DNA of 64,000 bases from Planctomycetota bacterium. Lineage in GTDB: Bacteria > Planctomycetota > UBA8108 > JACQVS01. A model generated the notes under the pieces. The model was not told the origin of the DNA. It was given only the letters and a program-made list of their open reading frames with translations, and made no database searches. The position numbers and the translations under genes were made by a program. Location of the stretch: contig JACQVS010000106.1 in the NCBI GenBank assembly GCA_016209605.1, forward strand, positions 6,916 to 70,915, written 5' to 3'. This document shows, piece after piece, positions 32,577-41,236 of this stretch (its first letter is position 1; every line of letters begins with the position of its first letter).

Positions 32577-34130
32577 TTACCATGAAATGAGCACCTGCGC
32601 CTTGAGGGCGTGCAGCTCCTTGAAGTCCGGGTTCAAGAAGCGGTAATCTTTCTCGTAATCGTAAGCGATCAAAAAACTCAGTATGCTCATGGGCCGCCAG
32701 CGGACATGGGCCTGAAGCGCCCAGGCGTTCAGGCCGGCGAGGTCCGCGAAGCGGTTTGAGTACTCATAGTTGCGCAGCTCGACCGCCGTTCCCACCGCCA
32801 CCTTGCGAGCCCAGTCCTGCTCGAGCCGCGCCTCGAGGCCGACGAAGCGCGGCTCGCCGTCGCCGGTCACGTCGCTGATAAAGCGAGGATCATCCCGGTC
32901 GTAATACTGCCGCCTCGGGAGGTCGGTATCGAGGTAGCGGATGACGGCGCGGCCGGTCAAGCCCTCCCAGGGGAAGTGCAGCGAGTCAAGGCCGCCCCAG
33001 ACCTCGCGCCAGTCGGAGTTGTAGGCATCGCGGTCCGAGCGGCCGCGCACCCAGTGGCCGGTCCCTCCCAGGAGGAGGCCGAAGGATCCGGTGATCTCCT
33101 GGCGGACCTCGAGGCTCGCTTCATCGTAAGGGTCGATCTCTCCGAGGTTGAAGTGGCGGTCATGGTCGCGGTCCTCGACCGGGGCGCGCTCCGAGAAGGT
33201 GTAGTCGAAGGTGAAGTCGTTCGAGGACCGCCCCAGCCGGCCATAGTAGCTTCCGCGCGCCTCCAGCCCCCAGCCGGACTCCTGGAAGACCGCCTCGAGC
33301 TGCGCCGACTCGGGATGCTCGTTCACCTGGCGGTAGAGGAGCTGCATCGAGGCCAGCGGCCCCAGCCTCTGGAGGAGCGAGGCTTTCAGGGAGTTGTCGA
33401 GGTAATAGACGTCGGCAAACTCGAACTCGGTCCCCTGGGCGGGAAAATACTTGAGCGCGCCGCCGTAAAGGCCGGTCCTGGACACGCTGGGAAAGTAAGT
33501 CGCCCGCGCCCCGGCGAAGGCGTCGATCTCCACCGGCCGGTCAAAGAGCCCCAGCCCGCGGACATGGATCCGGCCGCCGTCGAAGTGGACGTACTCGGCC
33601 CCCTCGAAGTACTGCCGGCCCCCGGTGAACTCGAGATGCCTCTGGAGAAGGAGCGCTTTGAAGTTCAAGGCGCCGAGCTGCGCCTGGTCGCCGCCCGGAA
33701 AGCGGTCGTAAGCGCCGAGCGATTCGTTTCCAGCCGCGGTGCCGTCGAGGTCGGTGAAACCGCGGATGGAAAACTCGGTGTCCAGGCCCTGGCACCAGCC
33801 GCTCTGGGTTGCCGGCACGATCAGGTCATGAGTGCGCACCGCGAAGTACTGGTCGAGGTCGTGGTCTTGGTTGCGGCGGCGGCGGTCCTCCAGCTCGGCG
33901 GCGAACTGCCGGTCGGCGGGGTCGATGTCCGGAAAGTTGAAACGGAAGCGTCCGAAGCGAAAGAACTGCGCCTGATAAGCGGCCCGATAGGTGAGGTGGA
34001 GCTTCCCCTTGAGGGTCGGATCCTTCCACAGCTCCGCCGCCCCGGGCTTCTTCTCCTCCGCCGGGCCCGGCCGGCATGAAAGGAACAGCGCCGCCAGGAA
34101 CGCGAACAGCCCGGCCAGTCGCGCTGCCAG
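32577..34130 (-). CDS. Outer-membrane beta-barrel protein (putative porin partner of the upstream multiheme cytochrome). Start re-placed after the MITE; the tracked start at 34367 reads through the element
   Basis: Lipoprotein-type signal sequence (RLAARLAGLFAFLAALFLSC) immediately after the MITE. Alternating amphipathic beta-strand pattern; C-terminal aromatic residue (…VLISW). Only a CTG is available as a start at 34130, so the start is uncertain. Confidence 0.55.
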   Translation of the reverse strand: MAARLAGLFAFLAALFLSCRPGPAEEKKPGAAELWKDPTLKGKLHLTYRAAYQAQFFRFGRFRFNFPDIDPADRQFAAELEDRRRRNQDHDLDQYFAVRTHDLIVPATQSGWCQGLDTEFSIRGFTDLDGTAAGNESLGAYDRFPGGDQAQLGALNFKALLLQRHLEFTGGRQYFEGAEYVHFDGGRIHVRGLGLFDRPVEIDAFAGARATYFPSVSRTGLYGGALKYFPAQGTEFEFADVYYLDNSLKASLLQRLGPLASMQLLYRQVNEHPESAQLEAVFQESGWGLEARGSYYGRLGRSSNDFTFDYTFSERAPVEDRDHDRHFNLGEIDPYDEASLEVRQEITGSFGLLLGGTGHWVRGRSDRDAYNSDWREVWGGLDSLHFPWEGLTGRAVIRYLDTDLPRRQYYDRDDPRFISDVTGDGEPRFVGLEARLEQDWARKVAVGTAVELRNYEYSNRFADLAGLNAWALQAHVRWRPMSILSFLIAYDYEKDYRFLNPDFKELHALKAQVLISW

Positions 34131-34134
34131 CCTA

Positions 34135-34301
34135 AGAGCCTGTTTCAGTAGCCCTCCTGGCTTCGGCCGGCTGCAAGTGCGCCATACTGCGTTGCGCCTC
34201 CTCGCCGATACTCTCCGACTGTATCGCCTACGTCGGCGCGCCTTGTCTGGCGCGCTTTCGCTCGGCCTCGGGCCGACGGATGACCTACCGAAACAGGCTC
34301 T
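34135..34301. mobile_element. MITE-like element, family B, copy C, inserted between the multiheme cytochrome gene and its downstream beta-barrel gene
   Basis: Terminal inverted repeats ctAAGAGCCTGTTTCAGTAG / CTACCGAAACAGGCTCTaaaa. Internal cgatac-tctccgact-gtatcg hairpin, with a compensatory change relative to copies A and B. Confidence 0.7.
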
Positions 34302-34363
34302 AAAATCCGGCTCCAGCACCGGCCGGGGCGGCCAAAAACACGGTTGAGGAGGGAGGGATCGGC

Positions 34364-35104
34364 TCATGGGGGGCTATGGCAGGGGGCGCAATTGCCCTGG
34401 AAGGAGTGGCAGGTCAAGCAGGCGCGCACCTTGAGCCGCGCCACTTGCTTGTGGCCGCCCGCCCGGAAGGTCGGCGTATGATCGGGCGGCGGCTGGCGGT
34501 GGCAGTTCTCGCAGAAATCGGAGCTGTGGCAGGTGGCGCAGGAGCGGCGGTCCTGGATGGCATACCGGCCGTGGGTGGAGCGCAGGAAGCGGAGGTTGTG
34601 GGACTGCGGCTTCCAGGTGCTGTGGCACTGCTGGCACTCGGACTCGAGGTGGCACAGAGAGCACTTGTAGGCCTCGCGGCGGGCCATGTCCTTGTGATGG
34701 CCGGTCCACGCCGCGGTGTGGAAGCGCGGCTTGCGCTCGCGGCGGTTCTCCACATGGCAGGTCTCGCAGGCCTGCGATTTCTCCACCCCGTTGTGGCACT
34801 GGAAGCAGGTCTTCATCGGCGGCAGGCCTCCGGCGAGCACTTCCTCCCGAGAGGCGCTCTGGCCGTGGCAGGTCGAGCAGTCGAGCTTGCGGTGCAGCTC
34901 GTGGGAGAAGATGATCTCTTGATGAGAATAGGGGGGGTGGTTCTGAGAGAAGGAAAGCGGCGCCAGGGAACCTTCCTCGAGTTGATCGATGTCGATGATG
35001 GTGCAGCCCAGGACGAGAACTGCCGCCACGAGGACGCAGGCGAAGGGAACCCGGAAACTTGACAAATTCCGAGAGAAAAGTAAAGGCAACACCATCTCCT
35101 TCAC
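34364..35104 (-). CDS. Periplasmic or lipid-anchored multiheme c-type cytochrome (9 CxxCH sites)
   Basis: 246 aa; CSTCH, CFQCH, CETCH, CSLCH, CQQCH, CATCH, CENCH, CLTCH, CAPCH. N-terminal signal with a possible lipobox (VLGC). Its stop overlaps the ATG of the downstream ORF (ATGA). Confidence 0.85.
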   Translation of the reverse strand: MKEMVLPLLFSRNLSSFRVPFACVLVAAVLVLGCTIIDIDQLEEGSLAPLSFSQNHPPYSHQEIIFSHELHRKLDCSTCHGQSASREEVLAGGLPPMKTCFQCHNGVEKSQACETCHVENRRERKPRFHTAAWTGHHKDMARREAYKCSLCHLESECQQCHSTWKPQSHNLRFLRSTHGRYAIQDRRSCATCHSSDFCENCHRQPPPDHTPTFRAGGHKQVARLKVRACLTCHSFQGNCAPCHSPP

Positions 35105-35234
35105 ATGCGGCCGTAACGACAGCCAGGGTTTACATGAGTTGACAGAATCGCTTCAGACCCCCCATTCCACCCGGCCTCAAGACCGGGCACCGGCAGTTCC
35201 GATGGAGACAATTCCGATGATGAAATTTTATCGC

Positions 35235-35714
35235 TTATCGGCCGACAGGGCTACCCCCAAGGCCATCGGTATGCCGGTCCATGGCCTCGTTGACCAGCCG
35301 GTCGCAGCGCTCGTTCTCCCGGTCCCCGGAGTGCCCCTCGACCCACCTCCACTCCATCTGGTGGCGGCGGGTCAGCTCCAGGATGCGCTCCCAGAGGTCC
35401 CGGTTGAGGACGGGCTTCTTGCTGGCGGTCCTCCACCCCCTCTCCACCCACCGCGGCAGCCATTCCGTGATGCCGCGCCGCAGGTACTGGGAGTCGGTGG
35501 TCAAGATGACCTGGCAAGGCCTCTTGAGCTGCTCCAGCGCCCGGATGGCGGCAGTCAGCTCCATGCGGTTGTTGGTGGTGTGAGGCTCGACGCCCGAGAT
35601 CTCCTTGCGGAGCGCCCCCGAGACGAGCACGGCCGCCCAGGCCCCCAGCCCCGGATTGCCCCGGCAACCGCCGTCGGTGTAAATCAGGACTTTCTTATTA
35701 CCCCGTTTCATCAC
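35235..35714 (-). CDS. rnhA: Ribonuclease HI
   Basis: 159 aa; [23 protein letters not shown] catalytic motifs. Confidence 0.9.
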   Translation of the reverse strand: MMKRGNKKVLIYTDGGCRGNPGLGAWAAVLVSGALRKEISGVEPHTTNNRMELTAAIRALEQLKRPCQVILTTDSQYLRRGITEWLPRWVERGWRTASKKPVLNRDLWERILELTRRHQMEWRWVEGHSGDRENERCDRLVNEAMDRHTDGLGGSPVGR

Positions 35715-35803
35715 AACTCCCGCATTTAAACAACAAGCCTCAGTTCAGAAAAACAATCACCTGGCCGTTTGAGAAGATCTAGCGTTTGAGAAGATTTAGC
35801 ATA

Positions 35804-38065
35804 TTACTCGATGATGCCCAGAAAATGGAAGCGGATTTCCCGCATATCCGCATCCAGCTCGGACAGGACCACCCGGACGCGCTGGCCGAGGCGGATGGCG
35901 CGGCGGCGGCGGCAGCCCTTCAGGCAGAAGTCCTCCGGATCGTATTCGTAATAGTCATCCACCAGGGTCGACAAGTGGACCAGCCCATCGATGAGCAGCC
36001 CCTCCACCTGCACGAAAAAGCCGAAAGGGTGGATGCCGGTCACCATGCCCGCCATCTCCTCGCCGACGCGGCTCTTCAAGTGGCGGATGATCCGCAGGCG
36101 GGTCATCTCGCGCTCCGCCTCCTCGGCGCGGCGCTCGGCGTGGGAGGACTCGACGGCGCAGCGCGGCAGATCCTCCGCCCACTCGATCTTCCTTCGAGCG
36201 CCTTTCAACCGGCCCCCCCAGTGCTCATCCAGCACCTGATGCACCAGCAGGTCCGGATAGCGGCGGATGGGGGAGGTGAAGTGGCAGTAGGTGCTGGTCG
36301 CCAGGGCGAAGTGCAGTCCAGCCTCGGCGGCGTACTCGGCGTGCGGCAGGCTGCGCAAGAGCTCGAGGTGGACGATGGGGGCGTACGGCGCTCCCCGCAC
36401 CCCGGCCGCGATCGCCTGCAGGCCGGTCGAGCCCTTCTTCCTTGACCTTCCGACGAGCTTCGGCTCGATCTTCTCGAGGAAGTAAAAGAACTCCTCCAGG
36501 CTCTCTTCATCCGGCTCGTTGTGGACGCGCGAGATGAGCGGCAGCCCGTGACTGCCGAAAAAAGCGGCCACGGCCTCGTTGGCCGCGAGCATGAACTCCT
36601 CGATGAGGTGATGGGAGGGATCGCGGCGGTCCTGGGCGATCTTGACCACCTCGCCGGCCCCATCGACGGTCAAGCGCGCTCGCGCGATATCGAGTTCGAG
36701 CGCTCCCCGCTCGAGCCGCCTCCGGTGCAGGAGGTCCCGCAGCTCGGCCATTTGATTCAGGACCTCCAGGTAGTCGCGGTAGTCGCCGGGCGGCAGCCGC
36801 GGGCTTTCGCCGGCCGTCCCTGAACGCGCCGCGCCGCCCCGTCGATCCACCTCCTCGAGTATGGCCAGCACCTCCTCGTAAGTGAAGCGCCGGCGGTTGT
36901 GGATGAGGCTGCGGAAGAGGCGGTAGTTGACCAGGCGGCCGGCGGCGTCGAAGTCCATGAGCGCGGTCTTGGTCAAACGGTCCTGATCGGGCCGCAGGCT
37001 GGCGAGGTCGTTGGCCAGGCGTTCGGGCAGCATCGGCACCACCCGCCCCGGCAGGTAAATCGAGGTCCCCCGCTCCCGCGCCGAGCGGTCCAGGGCCGAG
37101 CCGGAGGGGACGTAATGGGAGACATCGGCAATGTGCACCCCGAGGCGGTAACCTCCTCCCTCAAGGCGCTCGAGCGACACCGCGTCGTCGAAATCCCTGG
37201 CGTCTTCAGGATCGATGGTGATGGCGAGGAGATGGCGGAGATCCTCCCGTCCCTCCCGGGCCTTTTCCCTGGAAAGGTCCGGCAGTCGGGCCGCCTCCTC
37301 GAGGGCGGATTCCGGCTGCTCCACCGGGAAGCCGAATTCGGCGGCGATCTCCTGGAAATCGGCTTCCAGGCTCCCCTCCTCGCCGCTCGTGTGGACCACC
37401 TCCCCCACCGGATAAATCCCGTAGCCCCGTCCCTCCACCAGGCGCACCAGCACTCTCTGGCCATCCTGGGCCTCGGCCTCGCTGCCGGGGGGGATGTAAA
37501 TTTTCGCCGTGGGATTCTTGAAGGGGATGACGAAGCCCGGCTCCTTCTCCCTGCCCTTCTTGTTGCATCGGGCTCTGGCAGCCTGGTACTGGCCGCGGAT
37601 GAGGCCCCTCGAGCGCCGGACGATATCGACCACCCGCCCTTCCCGCAGCCGGGCCTCCACCCGGGGCGCCTTGCCGGCGCGCCCGCGGCGCTCCGGGCGG
37701 CGCGCCCCCCGGTGGCGGCGCCTTTCGATCTCCACCAGCACCAGGTCCCCATCGAAGCCGCCGGCGATCGCCTTCGGCGGGATGAAGATGTCGCCGGCGT
37801 GCTCGGGGCGGAGCAGCTCGACGAATCCGTGGCCGCGGCGGGTGACCTTGAGGAGCCCGACGCGGTAAGGGGCGCGCTCGGGAAGCACCCAGCCGCTTTC
37901 GGGAACGCGGACCAGCTGCCCGCTCTCCTGGAAATCGGAGAGCAGCGTCACCAGATCATCGAATTCGGAGTCCTGGACTTCGAAGATTTTGGCCAGGTCG
38001 CGGGTTTTCACGCCCTCATGGCGGCGGATTTCCTGGAGGAGCCGTTCGGAGGATGGAAGCATCAA
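35804..38065 (-). CDS. rnr: Ribonuclease R (RNB family exoribonuclease with C-terminal S1 domain)
   Basis: 753 aa; RNB motif LAITIDPEDARDFDDAVS, cold-shock-like N-terminal domains, S1 tail. Confidence 0.92.
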   Translation of the reverse strand: MMLPSSERLLQEIRRHEGVKTRDLAKIFEVQDSEFDDLVTLLSDFQESGQLVRVPESGWVLPERAPYRVGLLKVTRRGHGFVELLRPEHAGDIFIPPKAIAGGFDGDLVLVEIERRRHRGARRPERRGRAGKAPRVEARLREGRVVDIVRRSRGLIRGQYQAARARCNKKGREKEPGFVIPFKNPTAKIYIPPGSEAEAQDGQRVLVRLVEGRGYGIYPVGEVVHTSGEEGSLEADFQEIAAEFGFPVEQPESALEEAARLPDLSREKAREGREDLRHLLAITIDPEDARDFDDAVSLERLEGGGYRLGVHIADVSHYVPSGSALDRSARERGTSIYLPGRVVPMLPERLANDLASLRPDQDRLTKTALMDFDAAGRLVNYRLFRSLIHNRRRFTYEEVLAILEEVDRRGGAARSGTAGESPRLPPGDYRDYLEVLNQMAELRDLLHRRRLERGALELDIARARLTVDGAGEVVKIAQDRRDPSHHLIEEFMLAANEAVAAFFGSHGLPLISRVHNEPDEESLEEFFYFLEKIEPKLVGRSRKKGSTGLQAIAAGVRGAPYAPIVHLELLRSLPHAEYAAEAGLHFALATSTYCHFTSPIRRYPDLLVHQVLDEHWGGRLKGARRKIEWAEDLPRCAVESSHAERRAEEAEREMTRLRIIRHLKSRVGEEMAGMVTGIHPFGFFVQVEGLLIDGLVHLSTLVDDYYEYDPEDFCLKGCRRRRAIRLGQRVRVVLSELDADMREIRFHFLGIIE

Positions 38066-39300
38066 TGGATGGTCTTGATGATTTCAATCAGCGGCAGGAA
38101 CAGGGCCACGACGATGAAGCCGACGGCGACACCCATGCCGACGATGAGGATGGGCTCGATCAGGCTCGACATTCCTTCCACCGCCACGTCGACGTCGTTT
38201 TCGTAGTTGTCGGCGATCTTGATGAGCATCTTGTCCAGCTCGCCGGTCTCCTCGCCGACGTCGATCATGTTCACCACCAGCTCGTCGAACACTCCCGAGG
38301 CGCGCAGCGGGTCGGCCACGGTTTCACCCTCGCGGATGCTGCCGTGCACCTGCTCGATGGCGCCCTGGATGACGGTGTTGCCAATGGCGTCCTTGACGAT
38401 CCTCAAGGCCTCGAGGATCGGCACGCCGGAGGCGATGAGCGTTCCCAGCGTCCGGGTGAAACGGGAGATGGCGGACTTCTTGACGATGATCCCGAAGCCC
38501 GGGACGCTGAGCTTGAACTTGTCGATCATGAAGCGGCCCTTGTCGCTCCTCGAGATGGCGTTCCAGCTGATGATGAAGACAAAGGGAACGCCCAGGAAGA
38601 GGTACCAGAACTCCTTGATGGTGCGGCTGACCGAGAGGAGCATTTGCGTCATCGCCGGCAAGTTCCGCCCGATGTCCTTGAACATGCTTTCAAAGCTCGG
38701 CACCACGACCACCATGATCAAAGTCAGGATGGCGGTCGCCACCAGGGTGACGGCGATAGGATAGATCATGGCCCCCTGGATCTTCTTCTTCAGCTTCTGG
38801 GACTTTTCCATGAAGCCGGCCAGACGGTTGAGGATGACGTCCAGGACGCCGCCGGCCTCGCCGGCCTTCACCATGCTCTGATACAGCTTGTCGAAGGTGC
38901 GGGGATGTTTGGAAAGGGCTTCCGAGAGCGTGCTGCCGCCTTCCACCTCCTCGGCCACCATGGCGAGCTGGTCTTTGAACTTGCCCGGCCTCTGCTGCGT
39001 CTCGAGGATCTTGATGCTGCGGACGATGGGGAGGCCCGCGTCTTGGAGGATGGCGAACTGCGTGGTGAAGGTGGTCACCTGAGCGTTCGAAACGCGGTCG
39101 AAGAGGACGAACTTCTTCTTGCCTTTTTTCTCGCCGGCGGCCCTGGGCTTGGCAGGCGCGCCGGCCTTCAAGGCAATCTTGGTCGGGCGGAAGCCCTGGG
39201 ACTTGAGCCGCTTGATAGCTTCGTCCTTCGAGGGCGCCTCCACTTCCTGGCGAATCTTTTGCCCGTTGACGTCGACTGCTTCATAAGCGAAGACCGGCAT
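38062..39300 (-). CDS. Type II secretion / type IV pilus platform protein (GspF/PilC family)
   Basis: 412 aa; two T2SSF repeats, three TM segments. Overlaps rnr by 4 nt. Confidence 0.9.
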   Translation of the reverse strand: MPVFAYEAVDVNGQKIRQEVEAPSKDEAIKRLKSQGFRPTKIALKAGAPAKPRAAGEKKGKKKFVLFDRVSNAQVTTFTTQFAILQDAGLPIVRSIKILETQQRPGKFKDQLAMVAEEVEGGSTLSEALSKHPRTFDKLYQSMVKAGEAGGVLDVILNRLAGFMEKSQKLKKKIQGAMIYPIAVTLVATAILTLIMVVVVPSFESMFKDIGRNLPAMTQMLLSVSRTIKEFWYLFLGVPFVFIISWNAISRSDKGRFMIDKFKLSVPGFGIIVKKSAISRFTRTLGTLIASGVPILEALRIVKDAIGNTVIQGAIEQVHGSIREGETVADPLRASGVFDELVVNMIDVGEETGELDKMLIKIADNYENDVDVAVEGMSSLIEPILIVGMGVAVGFIVVALFLPLIEIIKTIH

Positions 39301-39437
39301 GGATCCTCTCCTGTCACATTCCGTAACCCTTTTCTCTTAATCCAAAACCACTTATACCTTTTACTTGCTTATTTTACAGTTTACACCTTTTCTGGACTTT
39401 TGAGGAGGTAAAATCCGGCAAAAAGCCGGAGCTCACA

Positions 39438-41141
39438 TTAGATGCTCGCAATCGTCTCCTTCACGACTTCCTCGATGGTGGTGATCCCGTCATAAATGTG
39501 CAGGAGGCCGCTTTCGCGGAGGGTGCGCATGCCTTCTTCCTTGGCCACTTGCCGGAGCTCGGCCGTTGAGCCGCTCTTCATGATGGTCTCCTTGATGCGG
39601 TCGCTTGCCAGCATGATCTCGAGAACGGCGATACGGCCCTTGTAGCCGCTGCCGTTGCAGCGCTTGCAGCCTTTGCCGTAGTAGAACTGCTTCCCCTCGA
39701 CATCGGAGGGGGTCAGCTCCAGCTCGTAAAGCTCCTTGTCGGAGGGGTCGTACGGCATCTTGCACTCGGCGCAGATGCGCCGCACCAGCCGCTGGGCCAG
39801 GATGCCTTCCAGGGTGGCGGTGATCAAGAAAGGCTCCAGGCCAAGGTCGACGAGGCGGGTCACCGCTGAAGGCGCATCGTTGGTGTGCAGGGTGGTGAAA
39901 ACGATGTGTCCCGTCAAGGAAGCCTCCACGGAGATCTGCGCGGTCTCCAGGTCGCGCACCTCGCCGACCAGGATGATGTCCGGGTCCTGGCGCAGGATGG
40001 AGCGCAGGCAGTTCGCGAAGGTGACGCCGATTTCCTCGTTGATCTGCACCTGGACAATGCCCTCGAGGTCGTACTCCACCGGGTCCTCCGTGGTGATGAT
40101 CTTGACATCGATGGTATTGGCCTCATTGAGGGCTGAATAGAGGGTGGTGGTCTTGCCGGAGCCGGTTGGGCCGGTCACCAGGATGATGCCGTCGGGCTTG
40201 GCGATGAGGTTGCGGAAGATGCGCAGCTCATCTGACCTGAAGCCGAGCTGGTCGAGGTTGAGGCTGACGTTGGCGCGGTCGAGAACACGCAGCACCACGC
40301 TCTCGCCGAACATGGTCGGCAGGGTCGAGACGCGCAAGTCGACGGGATTGCCGCCGATATTGAGCTCGATGCGCCCATCCTGCGGCAGGCGGGTTTCGGC
40401 GATGTCCAGGTTGGAGAGCACCTTGACGCGGGAGATGAGCGCCCGGGCCAGCTGGATGGGGGGCGGCATCATTTCGTAAAGCACGCCGTCGACGCGGTAC
40501 CGCACCTTGAACTCGTGCTCGAAGGGCTCGAGGTGGATGTCGGAGCCGCGGTCGCGCACCGCCTGGAGGAGGACCATGTTGAGGAGCTTCACGACCGGGG
40601 CGGCGTTCACATCCTTCTCCAGCTGCTCGATGTTGATGTCTTCCCGCTTCGAGGTGATATCCAGCTTCCCATCGCCCATTTGACTGAGGTAATCACTGAC
40701 GCCGCTGCTCTTGTTATAATAGCGCTCGATGCATTGATGGATCGCCTCCTTGCCGCCGACCAGGGCCTTGAAGGCCGGGATCTTGGGCAGGGAGAAGCGC
40801 AAGTCCTCGAGGACGTTCAGGTTGGTCGGGTCGGCAATGGCCACCGTCAGGGTGTGGCCGTCGTAAAGCAAGGGCATGACCTCGAGGGTCTCGGCAGTGT
40901 TCTGATCCACCAGGTCCAGGACCTCGGGTGCGATCTCCGCCTTGGAGAGGTCGGCGAACTCCATGCCCGCCTGCTTGGCCAGGGCGCGGGTCAGATCGGC
41001 ATCGGTGATGGCGCCGCTCTCCATCAGGATCTGTCCGATAGCTCCGCCACTGTCCTTCTGCTTCTTGAGAGCTTGCTGGATATCAAACTCTTTCAAGATG
41101 TTCATTTCCTTGAGGATTTGACCGATAAAGTGTCGAGCCAT
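39438..41141 (-). CDS. GspE/PilB-family secretion ATPase (paralog 1) with N-terminal GspE_N/MshEN-like domain
   Basis: 567 aa; Walker A GPTGSGKTT, Asp and His boxes, tetracysteine CAEC…CKRC zinc motif. Confidence 0.9.
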   Translation of the reverse strand: MARHFIGQILKEMNILKEFDIQQALKKQKDSGGAIGQILMESGAITDADLTRALAKQAGMEFADLSKAEIAPEVLDLVDQNTAETLEVMPLLYDGHTLTVAIADPTNLNVLEDLRFSLPKIPAFKALVGGKEAIHQCIERYYNKSSGVSDYLSQMGDGKLDITSKREDINIEQLEKDVNAAPVVKLLNMVLLQAVRDRGSDIHLEPFEHEFKVRYRVDGVLYEMMPPPIQLARALISRVKVLSNLDIAETRLPQDGRIELNIGGNPVDLRVSTLPTMFGESVVLRVLDRANVSLNLDQLGFRSDELRIFRNLIAKPDGIILVTGPTGSGKTTTLYSALNEANTIDVKIITTEDPVEYDLEGIVQVQINEEIGVTFANCLRSILRQDPDIILVGEVRDLETAQISVEASLTGHIVFTTLHTNDAPSAVTRLVDLGLEPFLITATLEGILAQRLVRRICAECKMPYDPSDKELYELELTPSDVEGKQFYYGKGCKRCNGSGYKGRIAVLEIMLASDRIKETIMKSGSTAELRQVAKEEGMRTLRESGLLHIYDGITTIEEVVKETIASI

Positions 41142-41236
41142 GGGCGATTTCTCTTGAGCGGTTTAAGTTTCACAAGCAACTTCGAGTTGACGGAAACGCG
41201 GGCCATCTTCCTGCGGAACGCTGGCCAGATAAAAGT

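Noticed and set aside
32577-34367. Tracked 596-aa start of the beta-barrel gene at 34367 (ATGA overlap with the cytochrome stop)
   Set aside because: The first ~75 codons translate the MITE (peptide RRRNAVWRTCSRPKPGGLLKQAL recurs at other MITE copies) and have no signal peptide. The genuine signal sequence begins right after the element, so the long N-terminus is an artefact of the insertion.
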